A stretch of 64,000 bases of DNA from Octopus sinensis (Eukaryota): positions 170,748,001-170,812,000 of the forward strand of contig NC_042999.1 in assembly GCF_006345805.1 (NCBI RefSeq), written 5' to 3'. The notes beneath the pieces are model-generated. The model did not search any database. It was not told where the DNA came from and saw only the letters and a list, made by a program, of their open reading frames with translations. This document shows, piece by piece, positions 1 to 13,099 of the stretch; within the stretch, counting starts at the first letter, position 1; each line of letters begins with the position of its first letter. A program made the translations under genes and the position numbers.

Positions 1-559
1 TAGTATTGTTACTTACAGTTAAGAGTTTGTGTATGATCAATTGTTTCTAGGTATGTAACAGCGTAAAATCGATAATCATAGTGACTGATATAGCGTAATA
101 GCATGCTTTTAATATTTGAAAAAGCACTATTGAAATAAAAGAGAATTGTTTACAGATAAAAATATCAGCGATAGGTAGCAGCATTGTTTACCATCACAAT
201 TGATCACCGCGAGGTTGAAATGGTAATTGTTTAGTGTTATGTCTCAGAGTAGAAATATCACACTAACTGTGATTGTTTACAACCGAAGAAATGACCAAGA
301 TCAGGATATCCAAAGACTAAAACCTACTCCATCATGTTCCTGTGATCTGTTGATAATCAAGAAAAGAGGCAATGTAAATTACTGTAATATAAATTTAGGG
401 AAAAATACTAATAAGGGTGCTAACAGTCCCTTTGATATGTGAAATATCAATGATGAACTTTCAATGGCTTGTGCCTTAAAGTAATATACTTTGTCTTTGT
501 TGGTTTCAGACGCTTCGGAAAGAAGTTTAGAGGCTATCAGTTAGGCATTGTTCACGAAC

Positions 560-1415
560 TGTTATAACATTTAACTCCAGCAATCGTATGCGTCCTTCTA
601 CAATTTCCGTGGAAAAAAATCATTCACAACCATTTTCATATACGAAAGTTGTCTGCACGATGGATTCCCCGGATACTCACACCTTTTTGAGAAGCAGGAG
701 CGAGTCAATTGTTCCCAGGCTCTTTTGGCAATATGCCAAAAAAAAACACAAAAAAACAACGAGGTGGACTTTTCGACAGACTTATTACACAGCATGAAAC
801 GTGGGCCCCTCACTATGATCCTGAGACTAAAGTCCAGTTGAAGCATTGGAAGCATGATAATTCATCATCCCAAAGAAGGCTTGCGTCCAACCCTCAGCAG
901 GCAAGATGATACTCACAGGCTTTTGGGACCAGCGTGGGGTAGTGATGATGGATTTTCTGGCGAAGAGCACCACAATTTGCGGGACGACATCAAAGTAGTG
1001 AGGCATAGCATGCTGACCAAAGGAATCAGCCTCCACTAAGACAACGTCCAAGTTCATAATATGTATGATACTCAGATGAAAGCATACATCCTGAATCTAT
1101 GAAATACTTTCTCACCCCCCTTGCACTCCCGACCTCACATCGTCTGACTTCCATCTCTTTCTAACCATAAAGTATTTTTTGAAAGGGAAGCAATTTTCGG
1201 ATGATGATGAACTCATTTCTGAGGTAAACTCTTGGTTCTAGACGCAATCTACCGACTTCTACAGCTGAGGTCTTCACAGCCGCATAAAGAAATGAGAGAA
1301 GTGTGTCACCATTGATGATGGCTATGTAGAGAAGGACTTATAATTATGCCAAGCTTCGTTTATCCCAATCCTTGGGAAGTAGATCGGGGAAAATATTTAA
1401 TGAACATTCCTCGTA
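560..1415 (+). mobile_element. Decayed mariner transposon (3' two-thirds of transposase plus right TIR)
   Basis: Frameshifted translation gives RKLSARWIPRIL, DRLITQHETWAPHYDPETK, FWDQRGVVMMDFL, LH*DNV, HPPCTPDLTSSDFHLF and EKCVTIDDGYVEKD, matching the mariner WVPHEL, TGDETW and YSPDLAPSD motifs. The element ends ttaatgaacattcctcg-TA at 1398-1415. Confidence 0.9.
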
Positions 1416-2170
1416 CTTGACTGGGAGAAATTTTATTGCTGAATTTGGAATTATTATTTATGGAGTATGTTGTCTTATACTCTTTCTTAGATTTTTGGTT
1501 AATAAACAATGTTTTGTATTTGTGAGTGCTTAATATGTATCAACATTCCTGTAACAACGATACAGAAGTCACACATTAAGTATCCATTCAGCGTGAGCAC
1601 AGAATTTTTCTTCTGTTTCTCACTTGTTTTGAGCAAATAATAAGCCTAGCTATATGTGTGTGGCCTTAATGATATTCATTGGCGTTTGGAAGTTATATCG
1701 TAGGCATAGACAAACCGTTTGCTGAATTTTCATAAAGCTCCATACTTAAATCAGTATTTTCGCTTGGTGACCTTTTTGAACATTTATTTGTCTTCGTATT
1801 AGATTTATTTAGAAGTGAATATAGCACATTTGCACGCGATAAAGTTAAAGAACATTACTTTTGTTTACTCAAAGTACCATTTGTCTTGGAATTTGAAGAT
1901 TTATTCCAATGGCTGAAAACTGAATATCTGTGAATTTACATGAAAATGAAGAATGTATTGTATTCATATCAATTACCAAGATTAAAACCTTAGAATAATT
2001 TTCAATGAAAAAAAAAAAAATAATGTACATTTTTCAGTTTTCGAAAGGTTATCTAAATATGTTATTTCTCATATTACATTCTGAACGACAAGAAAAACCA
2101 CTTCAGATCAGTATTACTGCTAACACATACAAACACACACACTCAATGACACACAAACACATACAAACAT

Positions 2171-2205
<35 letters not shown>

Positions 2206-2399
2206 CACTCACAAACACACACACGTACACAAAGATACACACACGCATATATGTATATATGTATATATTCGATAGAATTTTCCGTCGAAGAAAATTCTGT
2301 TCAATTTTGATTTGTTTATTGTAATCAAACGTATGAGTTGTATATTAACTCCCTCTGTTCATTGAATCGACATTGTCTGTACATATGCACAAGCATGCC

Positions 2400-2536
2400 T
2401 CACGTCAGAAGTTGAAATGATTGCAGAGTAACTCGAAATGAAGTATTTTGCTCTAGAACACAACACATCTTCCGGTCCGGAAATCGAACCCACGATCTAG
2501 CGATTGTGAGTGCAACACCCTAAAATAGGCCACGCG

Positions 2537-2539
<3 letters not shown>
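2400..2539 (-). mobile_element. SINE family C fragment (tRNA-like head)
   Basis: Similar to the copies at 31515-32006 (gaaatgaagt.ttttgctc.agaacacaac...gaaatcgaa.ccacga). Confidence 0.7.
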
Positions 2540-2571
<32 letters not shown>

Positions 2572-2696
2572 ACACACACACACACTCACATACACGCACG
2601 CACACACACATGCAAACAGGTACGCACACACACACACATGCAAACAGGTACGCACACACACACTTTTAAGTATCTAACTACCCCTCCTCTCTATCT

Positions 2697-2698
2697 AA

Positions 2699-2764
<66 letters not shown>
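2697..2764. repeat. (TCTA)n microsatellite
   Basis: Directly visible tetranucleotide run. Confidence 0.95.
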
Positions 2765-2765
<1 letters not shown>

Positions 2766-3291
2766 ATACATTGGTAGTCTGAAGTAATAATCTCAAATGA
2801 GAGGAACTTACATATAGGTAAAAATGAATGTTCAGAGCAAAATATCAAGAATGATATTAAGCAAATATTTCGTTGATATCTCATAACCCCTATCTATCTA
2901 TATATCAATCATGAAATAGCAAGAATTTCACTGTTGTTTCAAAATTTCATTCAAAGTTAGAGAGCTATTTCCATAGAAAACGTTAAACTATTTCCATAAT
3001 CTATAAAATTATGTACGTCATATATATATATATATCTATATATAAAATACATAATAGCACACGATTAATTAACCTGAATGAATTTGAATATTTCTGTGGT
3101 AAATAAAATGGAAATATATGATGATGTTTGTTTTTAAACTGTAGAATATAGAAAGGGGTTATGAGATATCAACGAAATAGTTGCTTAATATCATTCTCGA
3201 TATTTTGCTCTGAACATTCATTTTAGATATTATACCTATATGTAAATTCTTCTCATTTGAGATTATTACTTCAGACTACCAATGTATGATA
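2762..3291. mobile_element. MITE-like foldback element with ~130-bp inverted arms
   Basis: 2762-2890 (tatcatacattggtagtctgaagtaataatctcaaatgag...gatatctcataacccc) is the reverse complement of 3155-3291 (ggggttatgagatatc...ctcatttgagattattacttcagactaccaatgtatgata). TA lies at both outer ends. Confidence 0.8.
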
Positions 3292-3489
3292 AGTTACAAA
3301 TTGAGGTCTTAGATTCGGTGGATATATCTTCATAGTATTTAAGTACTAAAATCATTATATTAAGTTATATGTAAATACCTACCTACCTACCTACCTACCT
3401 ACCTACCTACCTACCGACCTACCTACCTACCTACTTACTTACCTACCTACCTACCTAAATATGTACATACCTTTCAATACAGTATGTAC

Positions 3490-4600
3490 ATAATTAGAAA
3501 AGTTTCCGCCAGAATTGGCCCAGGCCATGGCTAGCTTAATAGTACCATCTGGAAAAGACATTACATGATGTTTCATATTACAATCATTCTTTGGGTTTCA
3601 TAGCTCATTCAAGTAAAGAGTTATTGCTTGCAGAGATATATCCGGGTGTGGGTGGTTATCTGGAATTTGCTGGAGATAGTCGTTCAGGAACCGTTTGAAT
3701 ATTATGACGTCTTTTTCTTCTCTATGTGTCTTGGCATCATGTTAAAGAGAGCAGGGTCAGTTGAAGCAAAATAGTTCTACCTTAATCTTGTGATGTAACG
3801 CGAGCATGAATTTTGTAGAGGACAGATGGTACGGAGTCCTGAACTTGGGTGAAATTTAAAGTTGATGCTAATATCATACTTTCGCTTTTATATTACATAT
3901 TTACATTTCCTTGTCCGTTCTCAGGTTGATATAATCATCAACGAATATAATTTGAGACGGTTTTGCCGTTGTTCTCAAAATATAATTTGAACTCTGACAA
4001 CGCTTTCTCTGATTTTTTTCAGGTGTAAATTTGCTTTGAACAAGTATTCAATTGGCCATTATTACATTATCGAGAATTAGTTAGTTTGATTTGGTTGATT
4101 AAAATATATTCTGCTTGCGTTAATCCTCTTAATTGGGCTACATAAAGTTATTCTATATTTAGTTGTTTTGCACAATACGTACCATTCTATATAAACAGGG
4201 GTGTAGATTAGTAGAAGAATCATTGCTAAAGACGATAGCCTGTGACTTGAAGCGATCGAAATACTTTCAAGCATGAAGAGATTTGAAAAGTGAGTGCAAT
4301 GCAAAGTTGGCTGCACAAATGTCAGTGGAATTGAAGACATTCCCTTTGAGGTTACAGCCATCGTTACTGAGATTTGGAGGGAAGAGGATTCTGTAAAACT
4401 GGAAGAGATGTTTTAGGGCAACTAACAACAACTAGCTACAGTTTGAGAAGAAGGGTTGTTCGGTGCGTCAAGACATATGTTGCAGTCTGGACAATGGGCT
4501 TGCATGAGTTGTTTTACTAGTTAAAAACATTGCTGGACTTCGACGAGATTCTCCATGCTCTGTAAGCCATGCTTTTTGTCTGAGCGGCTCAAAGCATATA
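3490..4600 (-). mobile_element. Decayed CR1/L2-like LINE 3' region (copy 1), followed by a (TAGG)n tail
   Basis: Minus-strand translation with stops includes SRYITRLR*NYFASTDPALFNMMPRHI, resembling the NSF.V.GP.LFN.LP C-terminal LINE motif. A (CCTA)n run at ~3377-3457 lies just downstream on the minus strand. Confidence 0.6.
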
Positions 4601-4685
4601 TGAAGAAATGACTTGGGGAAATGGGATAATGAACTTATATTCACATAGACAGACACACACACGCACACACACACATGTATGTATG

Positions 4686-4719
<34 letters not shown>

Positions 4720-5169
4720 CTATATATAAAATACATAATAGCACACGATTAATTAACCTGAATGAATTTGAATATTTCTGTGGTAAATAAAATGGAAATA
4801 TATGATGATGTTTGTTTTTAAACTGTAGAATATAGAAAGGGGTTATGAGATATCAACGAAATAGTTGCTTAATATCATTCTCGATATTTTGCTCTGAACA
4901 TTCATTTTAGATATTATACCTATATGTAAATTCTTCTCATTTGAGATTATTACTTCAGACTACCAATGTATGATAAGTTACAAATTGAGGTCTTAGATTC
5001 GGTGGATATATCTTCATAGTATTTAAGTACTAAAATCATTATATTAAGTTATATGTAAATACCTACCTACCTACCTACCTACCTACCTACCTACCGACCT
5101 ACCTACCTACCTACTTACTTACCTACCTACCTACCTAAATATGTACATACCTTTCAATACAGTATGTAC

Positions 5170-6281
5170 ATAATTAGAAAAGTTTCCGCCAGAATTGGCC
5201 CAGGCCATGGCTAGCTTAATAGTACCATCTGGAAAAGACATTACATGATGTTTCATATTACAATCATTCTTTGGGTTTCATAGCTCATTCAAGTAAAGAG
5301 TTATTGCTTGCAGAGATATATCCGGGTGTGGGTGGTTTATCTGGAATTTGCTGGAGATAGTCGTTCAGGAACCGTTTGAATATTATGACGTCTTTTTCTT
5401 CTCTATGTGTCTTGGCATCATGTTAAAGAGAGCAGGGTCAGTTGAAGCAAAATAGTTCTACCTTAATCTTGTGATGTAACGCGAGCATGAATTTTGTAGA
5501 GGACAGATGGTACGGAGTCCTGAACTTGGGTGAAATTTAAAGTTGATGCTAATATCATACTTTCGCTTTTATATTACATATTTACATTTCCTTGTCCGTT
5601 CTCAGGTTGATATAATCATCAACGAATATAATTTGAGACGGTTTTGCCGTTGTTCTCAAAATATAATTTGAACTCTGACAACGCTTTCTCTGATTTTTTT
5701 CAGGTGTAAATTTGCTTTGAACAAGTATTCAATTGGCCATTATTACATTATCGAGAATTAGTTAGTTTGATTTGGTTGATTAAAATATATTCTGCTTGCG
5801 TTAATCCTCTTAATTGGGCTACATAAAGTTATTCTATATTTAGTTGTTTTGCACAATACGTACCATTCTATATAAACAGGGGTGTAGATTAGTAGAAGAA
5901 TCATTGCTAAAGACGATAGCCTGTGACTTGAAGCGATCGAAATACTTTCAAGCATGAAGAGATTTGAAAAGTGAGTGCAATGCAAAGTTGGCTGCACAAA
6001 TGTCAGTGGAATTGAAGACATTCCCTTTGAGGTTACAGCCATCGTTACTGAGATTTGGAGGGAAGAGGATTCTGTAAAACTGGAAGAGATGTTTTAGGGC
6101 AACTAACAACAACTAGCTACAGTTTGAGAAGAAGGGTTGTTCGGTGCGTCAAGACATATGTTGCAGTCTGGACAATGGGCTTGCATGAGTTGTTTTACTA
6201 GTTAAAAACATTGCTGGACTTCGACGAGATTCTCCATGCTCTGTAAGCCATGCTTTTTGTCTGAGCGGCTCAAAGCATATA
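5170..6281 (-). mobile_element. Decayed CR1/L2-like LINE 3' region (copy 2, within the duplication)
   Basis: Duplicate of 3490-4600. Confidence 0.6.
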
Positions 6282-6362
6282 TGAAGAAATGACTTGGGGA
6301 AATGGGATAATGAACTTATATTCACATAGACAGACACACACACGCACACACACACATGTATG

Positions 6363-6400
<38 letters not shown>

Positions 6401-6483
6401 GACATATGCATACAGGCGTGTTGTAAGTAGATTTGGTAGACGGAAAGTAAAAGAACCCAATCGCATATATATACATACATACA

Positions 6484-6485
<2 letters not shown>

Positions 6486-6556
<71 letters not shown>

Positions 6557-6575
6557 GCGTGCGTGTGTGTGTGTA
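6486..6575. repeat. (GT)n microsatellite
   Basis: Directly visible; abuts the Tc1 left inverted repeat. Confidence 0.95.
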
Positions 6576-7997
6576 TGATAAAAATGTTCTCAGGTGGTTT
6601 GCACACTATGTTATCACTATTGTTATGTTTTCATTATTCTGTGTAACGTCCTTTCTTTTTTTTAATTCAGATTCTTTAGTCTTGGGGTAAACCACGCTAA
6701 TATCTTTTGAATGAAAATAGCTCATCTAGACATTTCTATATTAAGCATGCATTGAGTATATATTTAATGCTATTATAACATTTAATTAAATAATGAATTG
6801 TTAAGACACATAAGCACCGATAACTTCAAAAACCTATTAGCCGCTGCTGCAGCTTTGAAGGTCGCCCATAAGACATCTTTCGACTTAAATTGGCGTCTAT
6901 TGGCATAAATATCTTGTTTAATGATGGATCAAAGATTTCCGATAGGATTGAGATCCGGAGATGCTGGCGGCCACACCGTCAACCTCTCCCCTTCTATACC
7001 GTAAGATCCTAGTAATATTTGGGTGGTTCTAGCAGAGTAGGAGAGAGCGTTGTCACGCATGTATAAGAGATTCCTTAGAAGTGACAGCGGTAGGTCATAT
7101 AGCCAGGGATCCATTACTTCCCACGTGAGATTGCATTAAGCGGCTGCGGTTATTTTAACTCCTTCGGCCACCCTGACTGGGCCACCCTGACTGGGCCACC
7201 CTGACTGGGCCAACAAATCTGTCCCCAATGATACCGTCACACAACATGACTCCTTCACCTTGTTGTTGACGTCGTAAACGTTGGTGACGCTCATTTCCAA
7301 AATAGACCCAACCATTTGCCGAACCGTCAGGTCAGCCAACAGTCGCCCTGGTTTCGTCAGTGAACAGAACACTACTCGTGTCTAACGTCATGTACTTTGG
7401 GGCCCATTCAAAGTCCAAACTCCTGTGATGGAGCATTAAAGGAGGCAGTTTCGGGGGTTCTCGCACAGAAGCCATGGTCTCGAGGAAGCGAGTTTTGGTG
7501 GTTTTAGGTACATGAGGAAGTCCGGAGGCCGTGAAAATGCCTTTGCTTGTTTTTGCAGGTTTCCCACGCAACTTGCAGCCAATATTCCTTAAATCTCTAG
7601 CTGTCACAGTCTTTGAGGTCCCACAATCGGATCGTTTCTTCCTTCGCGAAGAGTCCTTCAGGTATCGTTTAACTGCGTCCACATGACAATCTAAATTCTC
7701 CGCAATGTCATGACGAGAGGTGCCTTTAACACTTTCCTTGTTGTTGACAGACTTTTCTTCATCGTTAAGGCCTTTTCCATGTCCCTTTCTTCTTGGAGAG
7801 GAGAGACTCTGTTAGCGTGTTTCACCCCAGAACTGAAGAATCTGAAATAAAAACGAAAGGACGTTACACAGAATAATGAAAACACAACAATGATGTTGCT
7901 ATAATGTACAAACTACCTGGAAAAAGTTTTATCAAAAGCGATTCTCAGAAAACCGAGAAATCCTAAATTTCACTCCTAAGATATTAGCGTGGTTCTG
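6576..7997 (-). mobile_element. Tc1-family DNA transposon with long inverted repeats and decayed transposase
   Basis: Minus-strand ORF pieces VLFTDETRAT, RHQRLRRQQ, VRVAEGVKITAAA, MRDNALSYSAR and WPPASPDLNPI carry Tc1 DDE motifs. 6576-6706 is an inverted repeat of ~7808-7935. The element ends ...GGTTCTG followed by TA at 7998-7999. Confidence 0.92.
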
Positions 7998-8051
7998 TAT
8001 ATATACGTGTGTATGTGTGTGTGCGTGTGTGTATGTGAATATGTATGTGTA

Positions 8052-8088
<37 letters not shown>

Positions 8089-8886
8089 ACACACATCTAG
8101 TTTAAGCAAGGAAATAAAGTTGGAAAAAGCACAGAAATATATTTTAGAGAGTGTTTAATAATATATAACTGGTTTCGATGAATCCATCGAAGCAATATAT
8201 ATATATACAATTACATATACAATATATATTATTTATTGGTTTATAATACTCAATTATATACACATTTTTAATCACGCCATATGCTGTCACATTCCATAAC
8301 AGTAAATAAACTCTCAGAAGCAACCACTCTGTCAATCAGTTGCTGTCTTATTCGATGTGATAAATAATGAAATATATTCTTGCTCAATTATTTTTCCTTT
8401 CGTATAAGCGCCGTCTAAATTTCCAGAAGAGAAATTGTGAGAAGTTTTAATATTTTCCTTCATATCTGGTAATTGAACGAACGAAAGGATTATTTATTGC
8501 GAACTAATTACTATTCCGATGTATGTGAGTGCATGTTTGTGCATGTGTGTGTGTGAGTGTGTGTCTCTTTATGTGTGTGTTTGTGTGTGTGCATGCTTGG
8601 TTTGTACATATATAGGTCAGATATGCATGAAGGTATATGTGTCTTTTTGTCTGTGTCTGTTCTGCGGCGTCCCTTCATTTTATGAGAGCGTAGATCTCAA
8701 CCATGTTTGAGTGCTTGCCAGAACAACATGTTATTGTTACAGTTGATGTCCACTCGGAAATGGTAACCAGTCCTGCAGCAGTGGTACGTAAAGACGCTTT
8801 CTGAAGGTATTGATTAAACGGGTTGTGTTTTGTCGTCGAAGGCTCTTTTTGTTTTTAGCTACAAGCATCAACATCCCTTCTTTGAA

Positions 8887-8928
8887 ATACCGCTTGCGCA
8901 TCATACCGCTTGCGCATCATACCGCTTG
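8887..8928. repeat. 16-bp tandem repeat (ataccgcttgcgcatc x2.6)
   Basis: Directly visible. Confidence 0.9.
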
Positions 8929-9501
8929 GTTTTAGCCAGAAGGGTTCAAGTTCAGTAACATGATAGCTATCCTACAGGCTTCACATGCATTAGCTAGTCC
9001 GAACCAAATCTGCATAGAGTAAACCTCACGGGATCCTTCTATACGACATTTAATGTGCGCGGTTCAGACAGAGTAACAGAAAGCAGAAGTTGAATTTTTG
9101 GGTGGGTTTCAGGATCTCGTTGTTTGAAACTTGAATATTTTTACATACTGCCGTATTCCTAGCCACTAATATTTAAAGAATTCCTCATACATTTTTCAAT
9201 CATTTAAGCGTAAGAAAAGTATATTTTTATTGTAAAATTAAAAAGTTTATGTTAATTGAAGGTGAATAAGTGTCTTACTGCCCACCCTCTTGAGGTCGTA
9301 GATATTTTGATGTAATGTTTTTTCTACTGAACCAAATCTCAAACTCTTTATGCTAAAGTGTAGCTGAGGAAGTGTCCTCTTTGAAACTGTTAACAGTTTG
9401 CAATTTATTTGAGAACTAAATTAGTGGTGAAGCTTGGAAGCTGCTGCGATTGACGAAATGGAAAACTTAGAATATATTCAACCACTATCGTGGTTGAATG
9501 A

Positions 9502-9624
<123 letters not shown>

Positions 9625-10290
9625 ATAAAAATCACGTATATCATTTTTATCAAGTAGTCAGTATGCTATAACAATTAATAATAATGTACATATGTATATA
9701 ATTATACCAAAGGCGAATGGGCAAAAATGTTCTTTCTCCAGCATGCTTGAAGTGCTGACACCTCCAAAACCTACCAAAAACTCCAGCTAAAATATACACG
9801 TGGCTGAAATCGGGCTAGTGAGAGAAAATTAAAAAAACAGATCTCACGTTAATTGTGAATTGCTTCCAATTTCTGGATTAAAGCAAAAATTAGCTTTTTT
9901 CCTTCGTCAACACAATACACAGATAGGGGAAATATAAGTCCAAATAACTGTTCATATCGTCCAAAGCAAGTTCACACGTCTACATATAAATATTAGAACG
10001 CATAGATCCAAGGGAGGTCAGTTTATAAATTCCCTTACGACAGCCAACTTGTATATCATAGGAATAATCAAGCTGTAAATGCTCTTCCGGTCAGGAGTAA
10101 AAATAATTAAATTATTTATTAATTCGTAAAATAATATAAGGATAGCAATAATAAATCTCTGAACGAATCACGTTAATGATTTTTATCAAGTAGCCAACAT
10201 GCTATAAAAATTTATAGGCAATTAATAAATTAAATTAATAATGATGTACATATGTAAATAATTATATCAATGGAGAACGGGCGAATATAT

Positions 10291-10475
10291 ATCATCATTT
10301 AATGTTCGCTTTCCATGCTGGCATGGATTGGATAGCTTGACATTAATTTGGTCATCTGGGAGCTGTGCAGGGTCCAATTGCCTGTTGTGGTATGTTTTCT
10401 ACAGTTGGATGCCCTTCCTAACGCCAGCCACTCATAAAACTGTGCTGGGTGTTTTTTACGTACCTCCGACACGGA
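10291..10475 (-). mobile_element. RTE-type 3' tail fragment (SINE or truncated LINE)
   Basis: Reverse complement contains acgtaaaaaacacccagcacag, ggcgttaggaagggcatcca and ccatgccagcatggaaagcgaacattaaatgatga. It shares the acgtaaaa.gcacc motif with the RTE 3' UTR at 48.2-48.3 kb. Confidence 0.6.
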
Positions 10476-10528
10476 CGTTTCTTATGTAGCATACACACAC
10501 TCATATTTACACACACACACACACACAC

Positions 10529-10595
<67 letters not shown>

Positions 10596-11816
10596 ACTTA
10601 TTAAGTATTCCTTTCTGCGTTTCTAAATATATACTTATATGTGCAAATAATGTACACACATATATTTATGTGTAGACATATATATATACATGTATATACA
10701 CATATATATATATATATATATACATATATATATACACACAAATATATTCGTGTTTATATTTATAAATTAAATTAGATTACCAAGAACTGTAAAATGTTTT
10801 ATATATAGTTATTTATATATTCTGAATGTATTAGCAATATTACATATAAGATAAATATATTTATATTTTCTAACACGTGCTTGATATTTACATATGCATT
10901 TGATTTATTTTGACGAAAAGACTGCTTGAAGCTATTGAAAAATGTCTCGGATAAAGATATGAAGAGAATGATTAGATGTTTTCTGAATTTTAAATACTTC
11001 ATTGAATATAATATCGATATTATAATTATCTAAATTTAAAGGAATATTAAAGATATTTGTCAGCTCATCAAATTAATAATTACAAAAAAAAAATAACTGA
11101 AATAAGCGCGAAAATTAATTAAAAATCCAAGTAAGGAAAAGTAGGAAATTAATATGCTATTTAATTATCACATGAATTTGCATAGAATATATAAAATAAG
11201 TTTGCCAAAATTATTTGCTGTCAAATTCATTTAGTCATTATCAGTAGCAATTTTCAGTTTTATATCAGTGGAAAGTTAATGAGGCAAATATCTTGACAAA
11301 ATATTTTGAAGATTTAAAAATGTAAAGACAGAGAAAGCAAATATATGAATAAAATATGAAGTAACAGTAGTTAACAGTATATTAATTAGTTATTAGTAGT
11401 ATTACCTTAAAATATATAGTTATTTTCAAATAATTATTATTTACAATTATTAGTTATAATTGTTTCATATTTATTCCTAGGTGTCGCTGTTGTTTGTATT
11501 GTATATGTTATTCTCTTGCTGGTATTAAGTTGTTACAAATCACGTTGAATTATGCATGATGTCGAAGCAGAACAAATCGTTAGCCACAAGCTGCTCTCTT
11601 CGTAAGTTATATCAATTTTCATTTCAACACGTCATCAGCTAACACACCACACTGGAAAATACACGATTAGATTTTATGGCTGGAAATTGGTGTTCACGCT
11701 TTATTAATTTTGCTTCTAGAATTCCCATATTTACACTTATTTCTTCATTGAAGTAATAGAATGTAATGTATGAAAGAGAACCTCCGCCCCGCAAAGATGA
11801 GCATCTAAATAATAAA

Positions 11817-11848
<32 letters not shown>

Positions 11849-11892
11849 AAGTAATAATTATAATAATAATAATCATACCGGGTAAAGCCGAT

Positions 11893-11998
11893 GAAAGACG
11901 AAGTCGACATCGGCAGAATTTGAACTCAGAACCTAGCAACGGGTGAAATAACGCTAAGCATTTTGTCCAGCGTGCTAACGATTCTTCCCAACTCGCTG
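11893..11998 (-). mobile_element. SINE family A head fragment
   Basis: Reverse complement gcgagttgggaagaatcgttagcacgctggacaaaatgcttagc...gttctgagttcaaattctgccga matches the copies at 16197 and 32870. Confidence 0.8.
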
Positions 11999-12003
11999 CT
12001 TTC

Positions 12004-12004
<1 letters not shown>

Positions 12005-12097
<93 letters not shown>

Positions 12098-12172
12098 GTA
12101 ATAATAATAATAGTGATAATAATGATAATAATAATAATAATAATAATAATAATATTAATAATAATAATAATA

Positions 12173-12204
<32 letters not shown>

Positions 12205-12220
12205 TAATAATAATAATAAG
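12005..12220. repeat. (TAA)n microsatellite
   Basis: Directly visible; produces the poly-I/poly-L ORF artefacts. Confidence 0.95.
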
Positions 12221-12221
12221 T

Positions 12222-12500
12222 GTATATTACTTCTTTATACTCTTCTCGGGTCCATTTGTTTCGCTTACATTTTTCTTTCTGTGGTGGTTGTGGTGGTGAA
12301 CTTGGAGGGCTCGAGTTGGGGGATTTCCCGTTCAAGTGACCATCCATGTCCGTATTCGGAGAAGAGTTTGTGCCAGTTGATGACTTTTCGATCCCAGGCT
12401 GGCTCTTCCCTGGGGGACGCGCTTCCAGATTAACCATAGGACAAGCGATTTGGTATACTGATTTAGTTTTCCTTTTAGTTTCCAAAAACATTTTGGTGCT
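12222..12500 (-). mobile_element. Probable N-terminal fragment of an R4/Dong-like LINE ORF
   Basis: Pro/Ser-rich stretch followed by KRNKWTREEYKEVIY, resembling the N-terminal W-T-x-E-E helix of R4/Dong ORFs (recalled family knowledge, not a search). It abuts (TAA)n. Confidence 0.5.
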
Positions 12501-13099
12501 ACGATAATGTTATCATTTTTGAGCTTTGATTGGCTCGTGGGGAGACGGCCATCATTGCCGTTACAATTATAATCGTAGCATTATAGCAGCCGTAGTTGGC
12601 TTATTATTGTTATTATCATCACCATTATTATCACTACCATCATTATCACCACCATTACCATCATCATTATCATCATCGCCATCACCATCATCATTATCAA
12701 TGATATTGTTTTATGTGTAGTCACAGCAGTATCTTATTATTGTTATTTTTGTTTTTTATCATTATCACCATCACAGTAGTGTCTGTCTGTCTCGTTGGCT
12801 GGCTTGGTGGTTGGCTGGCTGACTGTCTTCAACGCCAGTGTTCTTGCCTGTCAAATAATACTTTCATCTTTGGTTAATAATAGAGCCGAGGTGAGGTTTG
12901 TGTTGGTTGAACTCTTTGAGTGTGTGTGTGTGTAAATAGATAAATAGATTATCAGCACTATTACTATCATTATTATCATCATCACCATCATCACCATCAC
13001 CATCTGTAATTAAAAAAAATTTTTTTTTAGGTGGGGTCCTATCGGTCAAAAAAAGTTCAAATGTTTACTACTATTAGCTTTAAGAAAAATTAAGGAAGG

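Larger units (their letters stand above)
3031..6395. repeat. Near-perfect 1.68 kb tandem duplication (units ~3031-4710 and ~4711-6395)
   Basis: Identical ORFs at 4077 and 5758 (offset 1681). The only differences I saw are one CTAC unit and one T. Junctions fall in (TA)n runs. Confidence 0.97.

Noticed and set aside
9362-9400. Hammerhead-like CTGAGGA...GAAA next to the palindrome aaactgttaacagttt
   Set aside because: There is no credible stem II or stem I; it is just a 16-bp palindrome.
11805-12491. Longest ORF (228 aa) as a membrane protein
   Set aside because: It is a chimera of a LINE fragment, (TTA)n read as poly-L/I, and an antisense SINE.
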